Of a stretch of DNA of 64,000 nucleotides, positions 39,161-52,050 are shown piece by piece; position 1 is the first letter of the stretch, and each line of letters opens with the position of its first letter. The stretch is from Spironucleus salmonicida (lineage: Eukaryota), in NCBI RefSeq assembly GCF_000497125.1, contig NC_090603.1, forward strand, positions 744,001 through 808,000, in the 5' to 3' direction. The position numbers and the translations under genes are program-made. The notes below the pieces were generated by a model that was not told the DNA's origin, did no database searches, and saw only the letters and a list, made by a program, of their open reading frames with translations.

Positions 39161-40759
39161 TCATTGGTTAGAATTTTCTGAATCTGAACTATATGTGTAA
39201 GTTTGATGCATTTTGCGATTTGTAGATCCTATTTATTTAATATTTAAAGGTTTTAACTTAAAACTATTTTCAGTTATCTCTGATGATTGATCAGTTGACT
39301 CAAACGAAGAAACATATTGCTATATAGACACTACCTATTGGGCTTCCATAGACTCACTATAACTCTCTTATTTAAGTTTAGTTGTAAGTTTGAATTATTA
39401 TTTAGATAAACTATTAGCAGAATTTTAATAAATCTTCTTTAGTTAAGAGGGGTCTATAGAAATCAAATTATTAAAATTTTCAAATTATTATTCTTAAAAT
39501 TATAATGCACCATAGTTTGAATTTTCATTAATAGAAAGGTATTTTTGGTCTAAAGCAGAAAAATCATCAATAAAAGTGAATTATGACTCTGTGTTACAGC
39601 TCGATAATTTATTTGCGCTCGTCTCTGAACTATTATTTACTAAAAAAACTGGCTTAATTACTTCATTTTAACTTTGTTCAAAACTAACCTCTGCTTAAGG
39701 ATAAAGGTATGCTAAAAGTCTATTGATATCATCTTCATGAAATATTTACTATACTGCAATCGAATTTTCCGCTACTTCTTAGTCTACAGATTTCTATTTC
39801 TCAATAAACTTTATTTCTTTTCGCTTTAGATGATTATTATTCTGATATATATTACTAGGTAGATAATGAGCTTTTGCTTCATATAACATAGACTCTATTC
39901 TTTAAAAAAATACAAATCTCAAAACAAACACTTATAATTTACTAGAAAGTTTAGAAATAAGTACTAATCTGTATTAGTGCAATATATAATAAATAAAAAT
40001 ACATCCTATAAAAACGGATAGAACCGTCCAAATTGTTCGATAATGTGGTGCAACTATATCATTAAATATATATTAATATTAATCGTTTAAAATAAGAGTC
40101 TATTAAATTAGTATAGATCTCTCCACACTAAACTTTAGTTAAAGAAAATTATGTGTAGGTGAAAATGGTGTAATTGGATATGTATGAATGCTTCCGTTTT
40201 AATATTAAAGCTTGATTTAAGCTTCTTCAATAACAATAAAACGATTAAAAATATCTAATAACTAAACATCAATTAGCGCATAACGAGAAAAGTAAGTCCT
40301 ACTAATATTAATAAGCAGAGCTTTCGGATATCTTTCACTATTAATTCTATCTATGAGAATAAACTTATATATTTTAAAATATGAATTTAATATATTCCCT
40401 GCTATTGAAACATCAAAATTCGTAACTCGTGGAGATTCATTATATAAACACGTATAAAGACAGACTGTTTATTTATCCTTAAAAAGATAAAGTTAAAATG
40501 ATGATTTCAACTTAAAATCGAGGCAAGTACTATCTGAATTAACTATGTTCATATAATTGTCATAGTTTCCATTCAAAATAGATACTTAATTAGACTGTAA
40601 AGAAACATCATCTATGGAAAATTTAACTTATGCTATCAACTCTTCTGACGTAAACTCAGTTACTTTTTCTAAACATAATTCTAGTGGTCTATTTATAACA
40701 ATACTTTATGGTACTAAAAAATTATTTAACGATATTTAAATAGTTACGAATAAACTCAT
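39161..40759 (-). CDS. Hypothetical single-pass membrane protein (532 aa)
   Basis: Long code-6 frame with central TM IWTVLSVFIGCIFIYYIL. Confidence 0.55.
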
Positions 40760-40861
40760 TTTCACAAGTATATACTTATATGTTATAATTTTACATATAT
40801 TTAACAAAAAATTGATATAATCAATATTATATCATATATTATATAATAATATTTTTATTAA

Positions 40862-41491
40862 ATGAAAATTGCGATTCCCAACGAATCTTTCTCAGGATAT
40901 GATCTACAAACACCAGCTAATGGTATATATAGATAATTTCCTTAAACAACGGTGACACATTAAATACAGCCTAAACTTCCACCAAAAATAAATACAAAAC
41001 CCCGTTCTAATAATCCGTTTTCAAGATAAAACCGTTAGCTAATTACCATAGACGACGTAGCACATTTTGCAATAAAGTAAGGAGCTTAATTTACTGATTT
41101 TATGACAGCTGCTATGGCACTAGTTTTTGCTGTCTTTTCTATTTGCTCTCTTATAAACCTACTATACACACTTTTCAAAGCATTCTCCGACCCAGATCAT
41201 TTTGTTTTAGGTTTTTCAAGCTAATAAAAAGTATTATCATCCTTTTTCTACGTTCTTATTGCTACAGAACTCCTGCATTCTTCTATGCTTCATTTTGATT
41301 AAAATTAACACTACGCCTCTGGAATGGTTTTTGTAGCTGTTACAGCGGTAGCCCGTAAAATAATTATTCTTGACTATAAACACGCGTCATTTAAGAAAAT
41401 AGCTGCAATGTCCGCCATTGTATCTTCCTTAGGAGTTATTTGTTTTGTTTTGCATAAAGTAGTTTTGAAAAAAAAAGTAAAGAAACACTGA
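40862..41491 (+). CDS. PsiE (phosphate-starvation-inducible E) family membrane protein
   Basis: FFYVLIATELLHS...MVFVAVTAVARKIIILDY...IAAMSAIVSSLGV; four TMs after a soluble N-terminal extension; 209 aa. Confidence 0.75.
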
Positions 41492-41741
41492 AACCGAGGT
41501 GATTATTTGGATGTTTAGAATTAATTGGTTTATCCTAGTTTAACAAGTCTTGTATATTTATACATAATTAAGTAATTTATTCTAAGTTTAATAACGACTT
41601 CTCTCTCAGATGTTAATTTCTTTTGGAGTAAGTGAATTATGGGTGTAAAAATATTATATTATAAATATTGTTGTTTATTGCTTTAAAATTTTTTAATTTG
41701 AAATAAAATTTGCTATATTTTATCTGGATACCTATAACTTT

Positions 41742-42254
41742 TCACTCTCCTAAGATTTCATTTAGTCTGGCCATTAGTACACCAAAAGTATCATGATTTA
41801 AATGATCCTCGCCAACAATTTCTTCTACAATATCTACTAATTTTTCCATCCCAATTCTGTCTTAGTATTCTAATTTTGCACAAATAACAAGAAATTCCTT
41901 CTTATCGATTCGTCCACTGCAGTCTAAATCTGCTGCATAAAATAACATATCCTCACGCGACATTTCTGGATCATTGTGTACAACTGCTACTATAAGAAAT
42001 CGTTTGAATTCATTAAAATCTAGTTAGCCATTAAAATCAGCATCTACTAGATAGATGAATGTTTTAATCTAGTCTTCTGACCATTTAATATCCATTTTTG
42101 CAAATCCTGTAGTAGCCTCTTATAATGAAATCTATTTATCATGATCTACATCTAGAGAATTAAAAATTTCTTTTGCATTATTAATAATTGTAGGTGATAC
42201 TTAGTTTGGTTATAAAATAGTTGGTTCTGGTTAGGTTTAACCACCGCAACCCAT
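41742..42254 (-). CDS. EF-hand calcium-binding protein with MGC N-terminus
   Basis: DVDHDKQISLQE, DADFNGQLDFNEF, DLDCSGRIDKKEF; MGCGG suggests N-terminal acylation. Confidence 0.88.
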
Positions 42255-42608
42255 TTGAAGTGAAATTTAATAGGATATATTAAAGATTTTTTAATATATT
42301 ATATTTTTGTTTGAATAATATTTATTATTTATAAGATAACATTCATGAAATGAATTATTGTTTATGTTTATTTAGTAAATTGTTAAATAAAAACAAAATA
42401 TTAAGATATTCTGAAAAATAGAAACATCGATTTTCATAGACTATTATAAGTCAATAATAATGATATATTTTTTCAGTATTATCTTTATGTAATTTTAATA
42501 ATAAAAGATAATTAATAAATTTAGAATTATATTATAATTATATTTATATATTCAAATCGGGTACTAATCTATAATATTAATTTTATATATTATAATTATT
42601 TATAAAAA

Positions 42609-43082
42609 ATGGATACTTGTGATACTCTTAAACATTTAATGGTTTAAAGAACCAAGGTATGTGATAATTAGATTGAAATATAGAGGTAGATATATAAAGC
42701 AAGTTTTGAAGAGTTAAAAAATTAATTTTTCTCAGTGTAAACTATAAAAGATGCTAATAACAAGTGCATTTCAAATTAAATAGTTTTACCGAGTATTATT
42801 TAAGAAATCGATGACTTAAATAAAAATATAGATATTTTGGAGAAAGATTAAATAATTGTCAACAAATATTTCAATAATGTTTTATCGAGACATAATGAAA
42901 AGACTCAACTGAGTTCTTAGATTAACAAGGACGTATCCCCACTTGAAACAGTTGATAAAGAATGCATAATCTAGAATCTTATTACTATTGTTGAATCAGT
43001 TAGTGTTGAAGAATAAAAAATTGAATCTAACTAGATTACTACTGAAAATCAAATACTTTAGAATGAGATATCTGCAGAGTGA
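42609..43082 (+). CDS. Hypothetical coiled-coil protein
   Basis: 157-aa code-6 ORF ending GAG-TGA. Confidence 0.6.
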
Positions 43083-43158
43083 CCTTGTATGAATATTCAA
43101 ATTTCCACACGTTTTATTAGTAATAATATATTTAAACATTAAATCACTTTCCTCATTA

Positions 43159-43584
43159 ATGCTTAAAACTGTCCCAGAACTTCGCGTATTTCTAAAAGGC
43201 AGAGAGTTTCCTAGTATATCTAATTAAACTTATAATAAGTAGTTTAAACTTTAATACTGTACTGGACCAGATGGGTTGCAAGCTATTACTACATATGAAA
43301 ATAACTATTAGAAAAAATCAGCGTATGATAATATTCTTGAGAGAACAGCAAATTTTAGCTAAGAAGAGGTTAATGTTTCTCTTTCCCGTTACAAATATTA
43401 ATCAAGTTTATATAAAAAATAATACGATATTAAATTATCTCAGCCTAAATAACAATCTAGATAATTTACCTAATCTAGTCTTGATAGATCAAAATTTCCA
43501 CTCAAAATAATTCCACTACCTTTACTATCTAATTCTTTAATTTCTTATGTTGCATTTTCAGCTAAAGATATGGATTTTAAGTGA
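43159..43584 (+). CDS. Hypothetical protein
   Basis: 141-aa ORF with C-rich upstream tract; ends AAG-TGA. Confidence 0.6.
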
Positions 43585-43688
43585 ATAGTTAAAGTATTTG
43601 ATTCAACTATATTCTGTAAATAAAAATACCATCAATACTAATAATTATATAGTGTCAATTCGCATTCACTTAATTTTCAAAATTTTAA

Positions 43689-44438
43689 ATGGATGAATAA
43701 CTTGAAGATGTCCCAGATTTATTTGCACCTTAATCATAACCATCTCTTTAGGATGCCTTTGAATAATTTAGATAAAAAAGAATATAATTAAATGCATTGG
43801 CTAGAAAATAGCTATAGCCAAAACATCGGACTCCGGAATAACTATAAATATTAAGGTAAAAGTTTATCGACACGGCATTTAAATATCTTGGAGTTCCTTA
43901 CAGAAAATGTGAGCACCCTGATGGTTCAGAGCTAAGTACTTACTATATTGAGTTAGATTGTTGTGGTCTTGTTAGACAAGTCTTGTATGATATGGAGGAT
44001 GATTTAGGCTTTAAACCTTTATTTTTTAATCAAGCTTATTAATTTGATACTTTGCCCTTAAGATATGACTCCCATGATAAAATTAAACCAGGGGATTTGG
44101 TATTTTATGCAGGGAGATATGAAGATACCTTTAAAAGACCCCAAAAACACAATATGGTACATGTAGAGATATATCTGGGCGGTAATGAAACTCCTGAGAA
44201 ATGTATTGGAAGTAGGTTTAGAAAAGGAGTTGTAAGTGTTTTTGACAGTTACAAGTTTCATTCTACAGCATGGGGACTTGAAAAAATGTATTTCTGCTCT
44301 ATTGATACTTGGCTTGACGGTGTTTGCTTCAGTGATTGTCCTCTCCATCAGTGGGAATAGGGTAGAATTAAAAGTCTCAAAGGGAGCATTTTTGACCCAA
44401 TTGGAATAGAAGATGAGATAGCGAATGAAGGAAACTGA
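43689..44438 (+). CDS. NlpC/P60-superfamily cysteine hydrolase
   Basis: AFKYLGVPY, LDCCGLVRQV, KPGDLVFY, HVEIYLG; 249 aa. Confidence 0.82.
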
Positions 44439-44529
44439 GCATATATTAATTTCATTTAAAAAATAACTTTGTTTTTATTCTATAAACATACTAATTATAT
44501 TATAATATAAATGATCCAGATATTATAAA

Positions 44530-45294
44530 ATGCTTGTTTTTCTATAGTGTAATTTATTAATAACTGATCAAAGCTTCATAAATAACGAAATATCTTTCAC
44601 AATTACTAGAGTTATATCTCCATCTTGCTTTGAATTAATAGGAAATTAAGAAATTAATATATCAATGGATGATGTTTTGACTTTTTAAATTCCAATTCAA
44701 AATTAACTTTTCGCGTCTTTAGATATCGGTCTTAAGGTAGTTTAAAAATGTCAATTTGATCTGTCTGGCCCATGTGCAAATTTGGTTTTTCAGATAAATA
44801 AAAGATTTGTAGAACTTGAATTTCGCTTATGTAATTTGATATAAAATGTTATATTTTAGCAATCTAAAGGAATTTATTTCACTGCGTAAAACAAATCACT
44901 TCAACTTATAAACTTATAAGCCACTGAAAATGCAATTTGCAGCTATTTTAACAACAGTGTTGAAACCTAATTTTAAATTCATTTTATAGAATCTCAACCT
45001 TATTCTTAATTGCCACTGTCTATTATATTTACTGCATAAATAGTCGTTACTTTATGTTAAGTTCACAATGTTAATGTACCTTTTATAATCTAAAACGATG
45101 TCAATCAGGCTTTTGCTAAGATCTCTACATTAACTGCAATCGTTGTATTAATTATTTTATTATTAGTCATTATTGTACTCTCAGTTATTTTGTTAACAAA
45201 AGAACTTTTATGGCGCACAAGTGTCAAGGCTGGATAAAGCCGAGCCGTTTTTGACGGTATTTATAAGAATATCAAAATAGACTCATTACAGTGA
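44530..45294 (+). CDS. Hypothetical type I membrane protein
   Basis: 254-aa ORF with a C-terminal TM (IVVLIILLLVIIVLSVILL); ends CAG-TGA. Confidence 0.68.
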
Positions 45295-45302
45295 AAATCT
45301 GT

Positions 45303-47072
45303 TCAGTCACTTAATGAAATAGCAAGATTTTGATTAGAAATCTCAGTACCTTTCGTATAAAATTGTATAAAATTTTTGCAAAAATTAATTCTCTTATTTG
45401 GGTTTTCTCCTACAATATAAACTAAAGCTCTAGACAAAACACAATATAAAAAATCTGTATCTGGTAATGATGTGTCTATAGCTATTTGGGATGTTTGATA
45501 TTCAATTTAGAGGTTTAAATATTAACTAAAAGTTAAATATTCTGGTTACTTTTTTCTATCTTATTATTATTGTATCTCGGTTATAGTAGATGAAAGATTA
45601 AGTGAAAATTCATTTTATATTAGAACCTCGGTATTTGTTATTAAAATATATTTTTTTGGAGTAGTAAGACAGAAAAATCGTGGGATATTAAAATTAAATA
45701 GAATGAGTGAAATATGTTAATTTTTGGTACCAGGAGTAAAATGATATGAACAATTTTAATTCAATTCTGTAGATGAATAAAGGCACTAGTCTTTAACTCG
45801 TGCAAATATACCGCATCTTTAGATTTCCCCTGTTACATTTAATTCTTGTAATCTATAAAGACCATTTTCCTAATTCGTATCATATTAAAATTTTCTGATT
45901 CCTAATTATATCTATACTTTCATATTGGACATTTTTAATCCTTAAAATTTTCTTAAGTTATACAAATCGAACCCTAAAATTTACTTTAAATGTTAAATAA
46001 AAGAATACTTTATTTCTTTAAAAATGATTAAATCTGAACTTAGTAATTAAAAAGCATTTTCATATTGGTTGAACATTATTTTACTTTTCTGTTAGATAAG
46101 AAATCTATCAATAACTGAAGAAATCTCAACTTAAGATTTTGGATTCTACAAATATTATAATAGTAAACTAATTAATAAAACATAAACTTACCTTTGAATC
46201 AAAATTAAATCCAAACAATGAGAAAGAAATGCATTTTCTCTAGAATTTTTCGTTAAAAATTTAGTTGTAGCTGTAAATTTTTAATTGCTAAAGATTCGGC
46301 TTCCAGAATCTTCCATAATTCCAATAGCATCGAAGTAAATATTTTCTGATTAATTAAACATAATTTCATTATATGCATACATTGATACTTATTTGTAGTG
46401 TGATTCTTTGTGGAACGAGCTTACAGAACGGGTTTTAAGTTCTACTATGAGCTTTAGATTCTTTTCTTTGCTATAACCAAAAACATCAATTTTACCCTAA
46501 AGGCCTATTATTGGGTTATTGATATGCATTTCATTTATAATTTCGCAATCATATTATTTTATTTAGGCTATAATATCTTAACATTTCTGGACTGATTCAC
46601 TTAATAGTTAGTCTGTCATTTTATCACTTTCTTTACAATTTTTGAAATAATCAGAATCGTAATACGCTTCAAGAATAGCAGATCTGATACCCACATCTAA
46701 TAAACCATTTTATACTCCTTCATGTAATGCAGAGCCATACTTCATAACATATGAATTTTAAGGTATACCTATAAGGTTATCAAAAATCTAAGTAACAAAT
46801 TATCCTGATTGTAATGATGTAGGTGAAGGGCAAGCTAATGGAAAAAATTATAAAAATGGGTCAGAGAATTAAAAATATCTTAAAATTGATACCGGTAAAT
46901 AAGTTTATTAACTGAGTAATATTTCATAATATGATATATCAAAATCCATTTAAAATTCTGATTCTAAGCTGTATCCATAGTCTAATATATGAGATTTCAA
47001 AGGCTTAAACAATAAACTGAAAGTTAACGGCCGTACATTAGTAATCTTAAATACTGTAAACTAAGGATGCAT
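45303..47072 (-). CDS. Dna2-like PD-(D/E)xK nuclease, short form
   Basis: MKYGSALHE, NEMHINNPIIGLQGKIDV, IVELKT, HYKQVSMY; 589 aa. Confidence 0.68.
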
Positions 47073-47133
47073 TAAATGTAAATATCTATATTTATTACCA
47101 CATATAACAATATAATATTGTTCCGCAACAAAA

Positions 47134-48870
47134 ATGTCTGACCTTTCTGACTCAGGGCTTGATATTGATTGCCCTGTACCGTAAAAAGCTAAACCATTTT
47201 CGAAAGTTTCGCTTACAAGTGCTAGAAAATCTATTACACAAAAAGAAATTTAGCCTCTTCCATCATAAAGTGAGAACTAATAAGTGAAAGACCTATTTTC
47301 TCGTGTACGAGCACTAGAAGAAGAAAACATTCAGCTAACAAACTAAGTACGTGCCAGCTCAAATACTACAAATAATGAATAATTCACCTTTCAAATGTCC
47401 TCAGAAGCTAGTAAAAAATTTTCGGAATTAACTGGGAAAAATAGGTAACTTAATGCTGCACTAGAGGTTTAAAAATCTAGGTTTTAGTAGCAGATATAAT
47501 TAATAAATCAATTACAAACAGAAAATTCACAGCTTTATTAAAATTTAGAAAAAGTTAATGGGAAATAATCTACAATATCTAAACTACCTATGGACGAAGA
47601 TATAGAACAGAGTTATAAAAACCAAATAAAAGAAAAGTCCAAAGAATCAGAGCATTTATTAGGAAAATTTGGTGAAATAAATGTAAAAGTTAACTAACTT
47701 CAATAAGAAAATACGAAATTGAAATAAATTATTTAAAAAGAAACTGGTTAAGAATATTCAAATTTGGATGTTAATTAATTCTAAGGACGTGCTGAAAAAA
47801 TACTTACTTTATAAAATAAGTTAAAATTACTTTAAGAATAATAAAAATCAACATAAAAGGTTCCATAAAATATACACGATATTTAAGCGGAAATTGAATA
47901 AAGATTTAGGGATACTATTGATTCACTTCAATAATAAGTTGAAGAATAGAAATTATATATAAATTAAGTATAGGAATCATAATTAATTACACAAGATAAG
48001 CTTAAAAAATCATAAACTCGTCTATAAGGTTTAGAAAATGAAAATCATTCAATTCGAGATAATATTAAAACTTTTACTAAAAAATCTCAATTAGATACAT
48101 CTATTATAAAAAAGCTTCGAATATTCTTATCTAAACCCGAAAATTATGAATTATAAAAGTCAAAAATCTAAGCAGCTGAAATGCGTGCTAAATAATCTGA
48201 AGATAAACTTTAAGGATTGATGTAAACAATGGCTGGGGGTGATTCACAGTTATAAATTATCGCTGCAGGAGCGTAGCTAGAAAGCTACCAATATAAAGAT
48301 ATTATCAATTAACTGAGAAGCGAAAATCAATTTCTTAAGTCATAACTGGCTGAATTTTATGAATCTATGCTAACAACTCAGGAAAGTGATGAAAATATCC
48401 TAAGACTATTTAGAGCAATGTAAAATGCTAATAATTCCACTTAGTAAACATCAGAATAAGTCATTGAAAACTTATTTACTATTATATAATAATTTAACTC
48501 TGCACTTTAATAAGATTCTTAATACTAATAGGCTTCGTAGGAAATGTAATATTAGACGCAAACTGTCACATAGCTTCTAGATAAAACATAGAGTGGAACA
48601 AGAGCTGTTCTATATGATAAATTAGCTGAATAGGCGCTGTAAAATAGACCCAGAAAACGTGTTAAAAAGGTTGAAAACATAGTAAGCCCTAAAGTTTTAA
48701 CCACTACAATTAAATAAGAAAAAACACCTGTAGAGAAATATAGAGATAGTTTATCAGAAAAATAACCGAAACCTATTGAAAAAGGTTAAACTTAAAAGCT
48801 AGACTAGTATGAAGATGAATACTAAGATGATGCAGCTATTCCAGAAGAATAACACGAATAAAGTGATTGA
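47134..48870 (+). CDS. CCDC13-like coiled-coil protein
   Basis: KFSELTGKNR, IIQKETG...FQGRAEKILTLQNKL; 578 aa. Confidence 0.65.
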
Positions 48871-49137
48871 TACTTATTTCATTATATATTATACAAAAAT
48901 GCATTTAGTTTTACCCAAAATATTCAAGGTTCACATTAAATCTTTACTAATATTATTTGAACTAAATTGATTATTAGATAGAACAGCATCATATATAAAG
49001 GATATTAGTAAAATTAGTAGTATACTTCTTTACATGATTATACAATCTTATTAAGTTTTTCAGCAGTAATAAAAAGTCAAATAAAATGATAAAACTATAC
49101 TTATTATATACATAATACTTAATTATTTATTATTAAA

Positions 49138-49896
49138 ATGCGTTTACCGTTATTTAATCCATTAGATTAATTTTTAACTGCAAAAAGAATTTTGCTTCGC
49201 CAAAGATCTTCACAACCTATATCAGAAACATCTATTACTGCACATATTTTAAGTCTTTAACAAACTTCTTTATATAATTATTATAGATCTAAGTTTCCTG
49301 AAGCTCCACCTTTATTTTTATATACTCGTGATGTTTTTAGATTATTTTATGGATTCTCACATCGAATCTCATAGGAATTTGATCCTTAATTGCTAGTATT
49401 AGCTTAAGGAATGGCTGGAAAAACTTCTGAAAATGAATTTCTTTAAAAGTTTTTAATTGCTAATCTTGGAGGATGTTTAGATATAAATACAGAATTACAA
49501 GCATTAGAATCAATGAATTTTAATGTAGGTTTTGAGTATTTTGAAGACTATGTTGATAGTGCGATTTAAAAATTATATTAAATTAAAAATAAAGAAATAA
49601 CTAGAGAAATCGAAAAATATTAAGATTTTTTTGTTATGCTATGTTAAGTTAGTGATATTTAAGTTAAAGAAAACCCTATTGATATAGCATGTTTTATTGC
49701 CGCGGAGATATATTTAATGAAAGAAGGTGGTATAAGAGAACATGTTTATAAGCTTTCAAAAAGATATGATACGCTTGTTAGGTTAAGATAGTATTTGGTG
49801 TTTGATCAAAATAACGCAGAATAGTTGTTACCGATGAATGGTGGTGGTTTAGATATCAGTATATATGAAATTTTTCTTAAAAATTTATTCGAGTGA
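49138..49896 (+). CDS. 252-aa protein, possibly a divergent transcriptional (H/C/K/T-class) cyclin
   Basis: FRLFY...EFDPQLLVLAQGMAGK...TELQALESMNFNV spacing resembles a cyclin box; ends GAG-TGA. The ORF is solid; the family call is tentative. Confidence 0.45.
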
Positions 49897-50352
49897 TAAA
49901 AAATAGATTAAGCATTATTAGATCTAACTAATAAATAGTTAGTTCTATTTTATAAATATATTATAAAATTTCGATGTATTAAATGGAATAATAACTGATG
50001 TGTTCCATACTTAAAATTAAAAATCTAACATGTTGACCATGTAAGAATCAGATAATTGTCATAGTTTAAGTATTAGTTACAATGTAAATTATAAATATAT
50101 AAAAGTATTGATTATAATAAAATATATTATGGAGGTTAACTATTTTCAATTTAAAGTAAAATAGTAATTTTTATAACAATAATATGGATTTAAATTTTGT
50201 TGTTGTATGATATCTCAAACTAAATATTTACTCCAAATATTAAAAGATTTGATAATAAGCTTTAAATAGATTTATGAAAACTAGTTTTATGATTAGCATT
50301 TGTTTGATAATTATTAAAATCATTAATAAATTTTTAAATATTTTAAATTAAG

Positions 50353-50910
50353 TCAATCACTATTTTCAGTGTATTTTAATTAAGTATTAAAGCAAAATCT
50401 ATGAGAGTATAATTTTATTTCTTTATATACGCTTTTACCTAGTATAAATCTATTGAAAATAGTTTTAAAATCATTAAAATCAATCAAATCTATATTCATT
50501 TAAAACTATAATATCCTAAATAGTTCAATAGTCATATATTTTAATTAATCTAATGTCCAAGTAAATCCTGCTAGCTACTACCATTTTCTAAAAACTATAG
50601 TATCATCTTCAAACATTATATTACTTGAAATTAATGCAGCAATGAAAACTTTTTAGGGGCAAACTAACCCATTTAATGAATCTGCAACTACCATTGTAGC
50701 TTTAATCACAAGAATAAACGCTAGTGTTATTACTACTGGATCTGTTCCTGTGTTAAGAAGATATTTTATTGTAGCTGTAATATTACATGAATCTGCTCCA
50801 TAAAAATCAATATGATCTAAATCTGTGCACTACTATGAATTAGGCGATATCAGTGTTAAAAAACCTTCACACAATTCAGCATACTGTTATGGACTAAATT
50901 TTAACTACAT
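50353..50910 (-). CDS. Pho80/Pcl (cyclin P/U)-like cyclin
   Basis: KVFIAALISSNIMFEDD...KWQQLAG...LDQLKYMTIELFRILQFQMNI; 185 aa. Confidence 0.58.
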
Positions 50911-50968
50911 TTTTTAATGTAGATAAATAGAAATTACAATATTAATATATAACAAATAAATAATTATA

Positions 50969-51945
50969 TCATTATTATTCAAACTTTCCAATTATATCTA
51001 TTAGACCACCATAATCTCTATAAATATGTTAGACACTACCCATACGTTCCAGTTCAAATTAATACATTATATTTTTAAGCTACTTATAATTACCTCCAAC
51101 TTTTTGTATTGCATCAATAATAGCTATCACAATGCCAATAGTTGGTCTGTGTATAACATCTAACTTTTAATATATTGATAAAAATATATCCATTATCTCA
51201 TGAGTTTTGCTTTTTTCGCAATAGAATAGCACTAATTCGTAAAATCCATCAACCATACAAAACTACGTTTCTAATAAAATATTTGATAAATATTAAAATT
51301 CATCTATATTAACTTCATTCTTACTTCTTTTAACTCTTAAAAGTTTATCAAATGCAAACTATAACTTAATAAACTATGGTGTTGCTTAAAATTAACACAA
51401 TGAACAATCACATGTAAATTTAAAGGATCTTAAATAATTTTAGCGTCCTTAAAGCCACCAAAAATTGTCACCATATAAATAACAACAACAAATTTCTTAG
51501 CCTTCCAAAATTTATTTTGCAGCAAATACATACATAAATTCTCCAGAATAAACTTAGATGATATTCGGTACACATGAATGATTCATAAATGAGGGTTCTA
51601 AAAATAATCCAATTTTATACTCTTCTTATAGATTTGGTATCATTTTAAATGCATTAATAACAAAAGCAGATGAAGGAGAATCTCCATACGATTTTTAAAG
51701 TTTTTAATAAGTTTCTTATTATAATGCAGTGAACTTTTAACTTTTAGTTCTAAATAAACTTTCAACTTATTATTCAGTTGGATTTGTAGTGGATATTATA
51801 GATTGGGAACATATTAAAAGTTCGTCTTTTTCTATTTTTTAATGGTAAAAATTCCTCGACCTTTATTAGTTTTAGTATCTGCTATTTGTATTTTCTCTGA
51901 GAAACATTTTTCGAAGCTATCAAAATTATGTTAAAACAACTTCAT
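50969..51945 (-). pseudogene. SMYD-type SET-domain methyltransferase with a 1-nt frameshift (error, pseudogene or recoding)
   Basis: KGRGIFTI lies in one frame; IEKDELL, INAF, GLFLEPSFMNHSCVPN, AAKQILEGQEICCCY and FTCDCSLC lie in another; span is 977 nt. Confidence 0.75.
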
Positions 51946-52050
51946 GAAGATGAAGTGAAAAAATAATTATCAATAAAATCATATTAAACTAGTTTATTTA
52001 AATGACCAAAATAAAAAAATATTGATTTAATATATATGAATTAGAATGTT

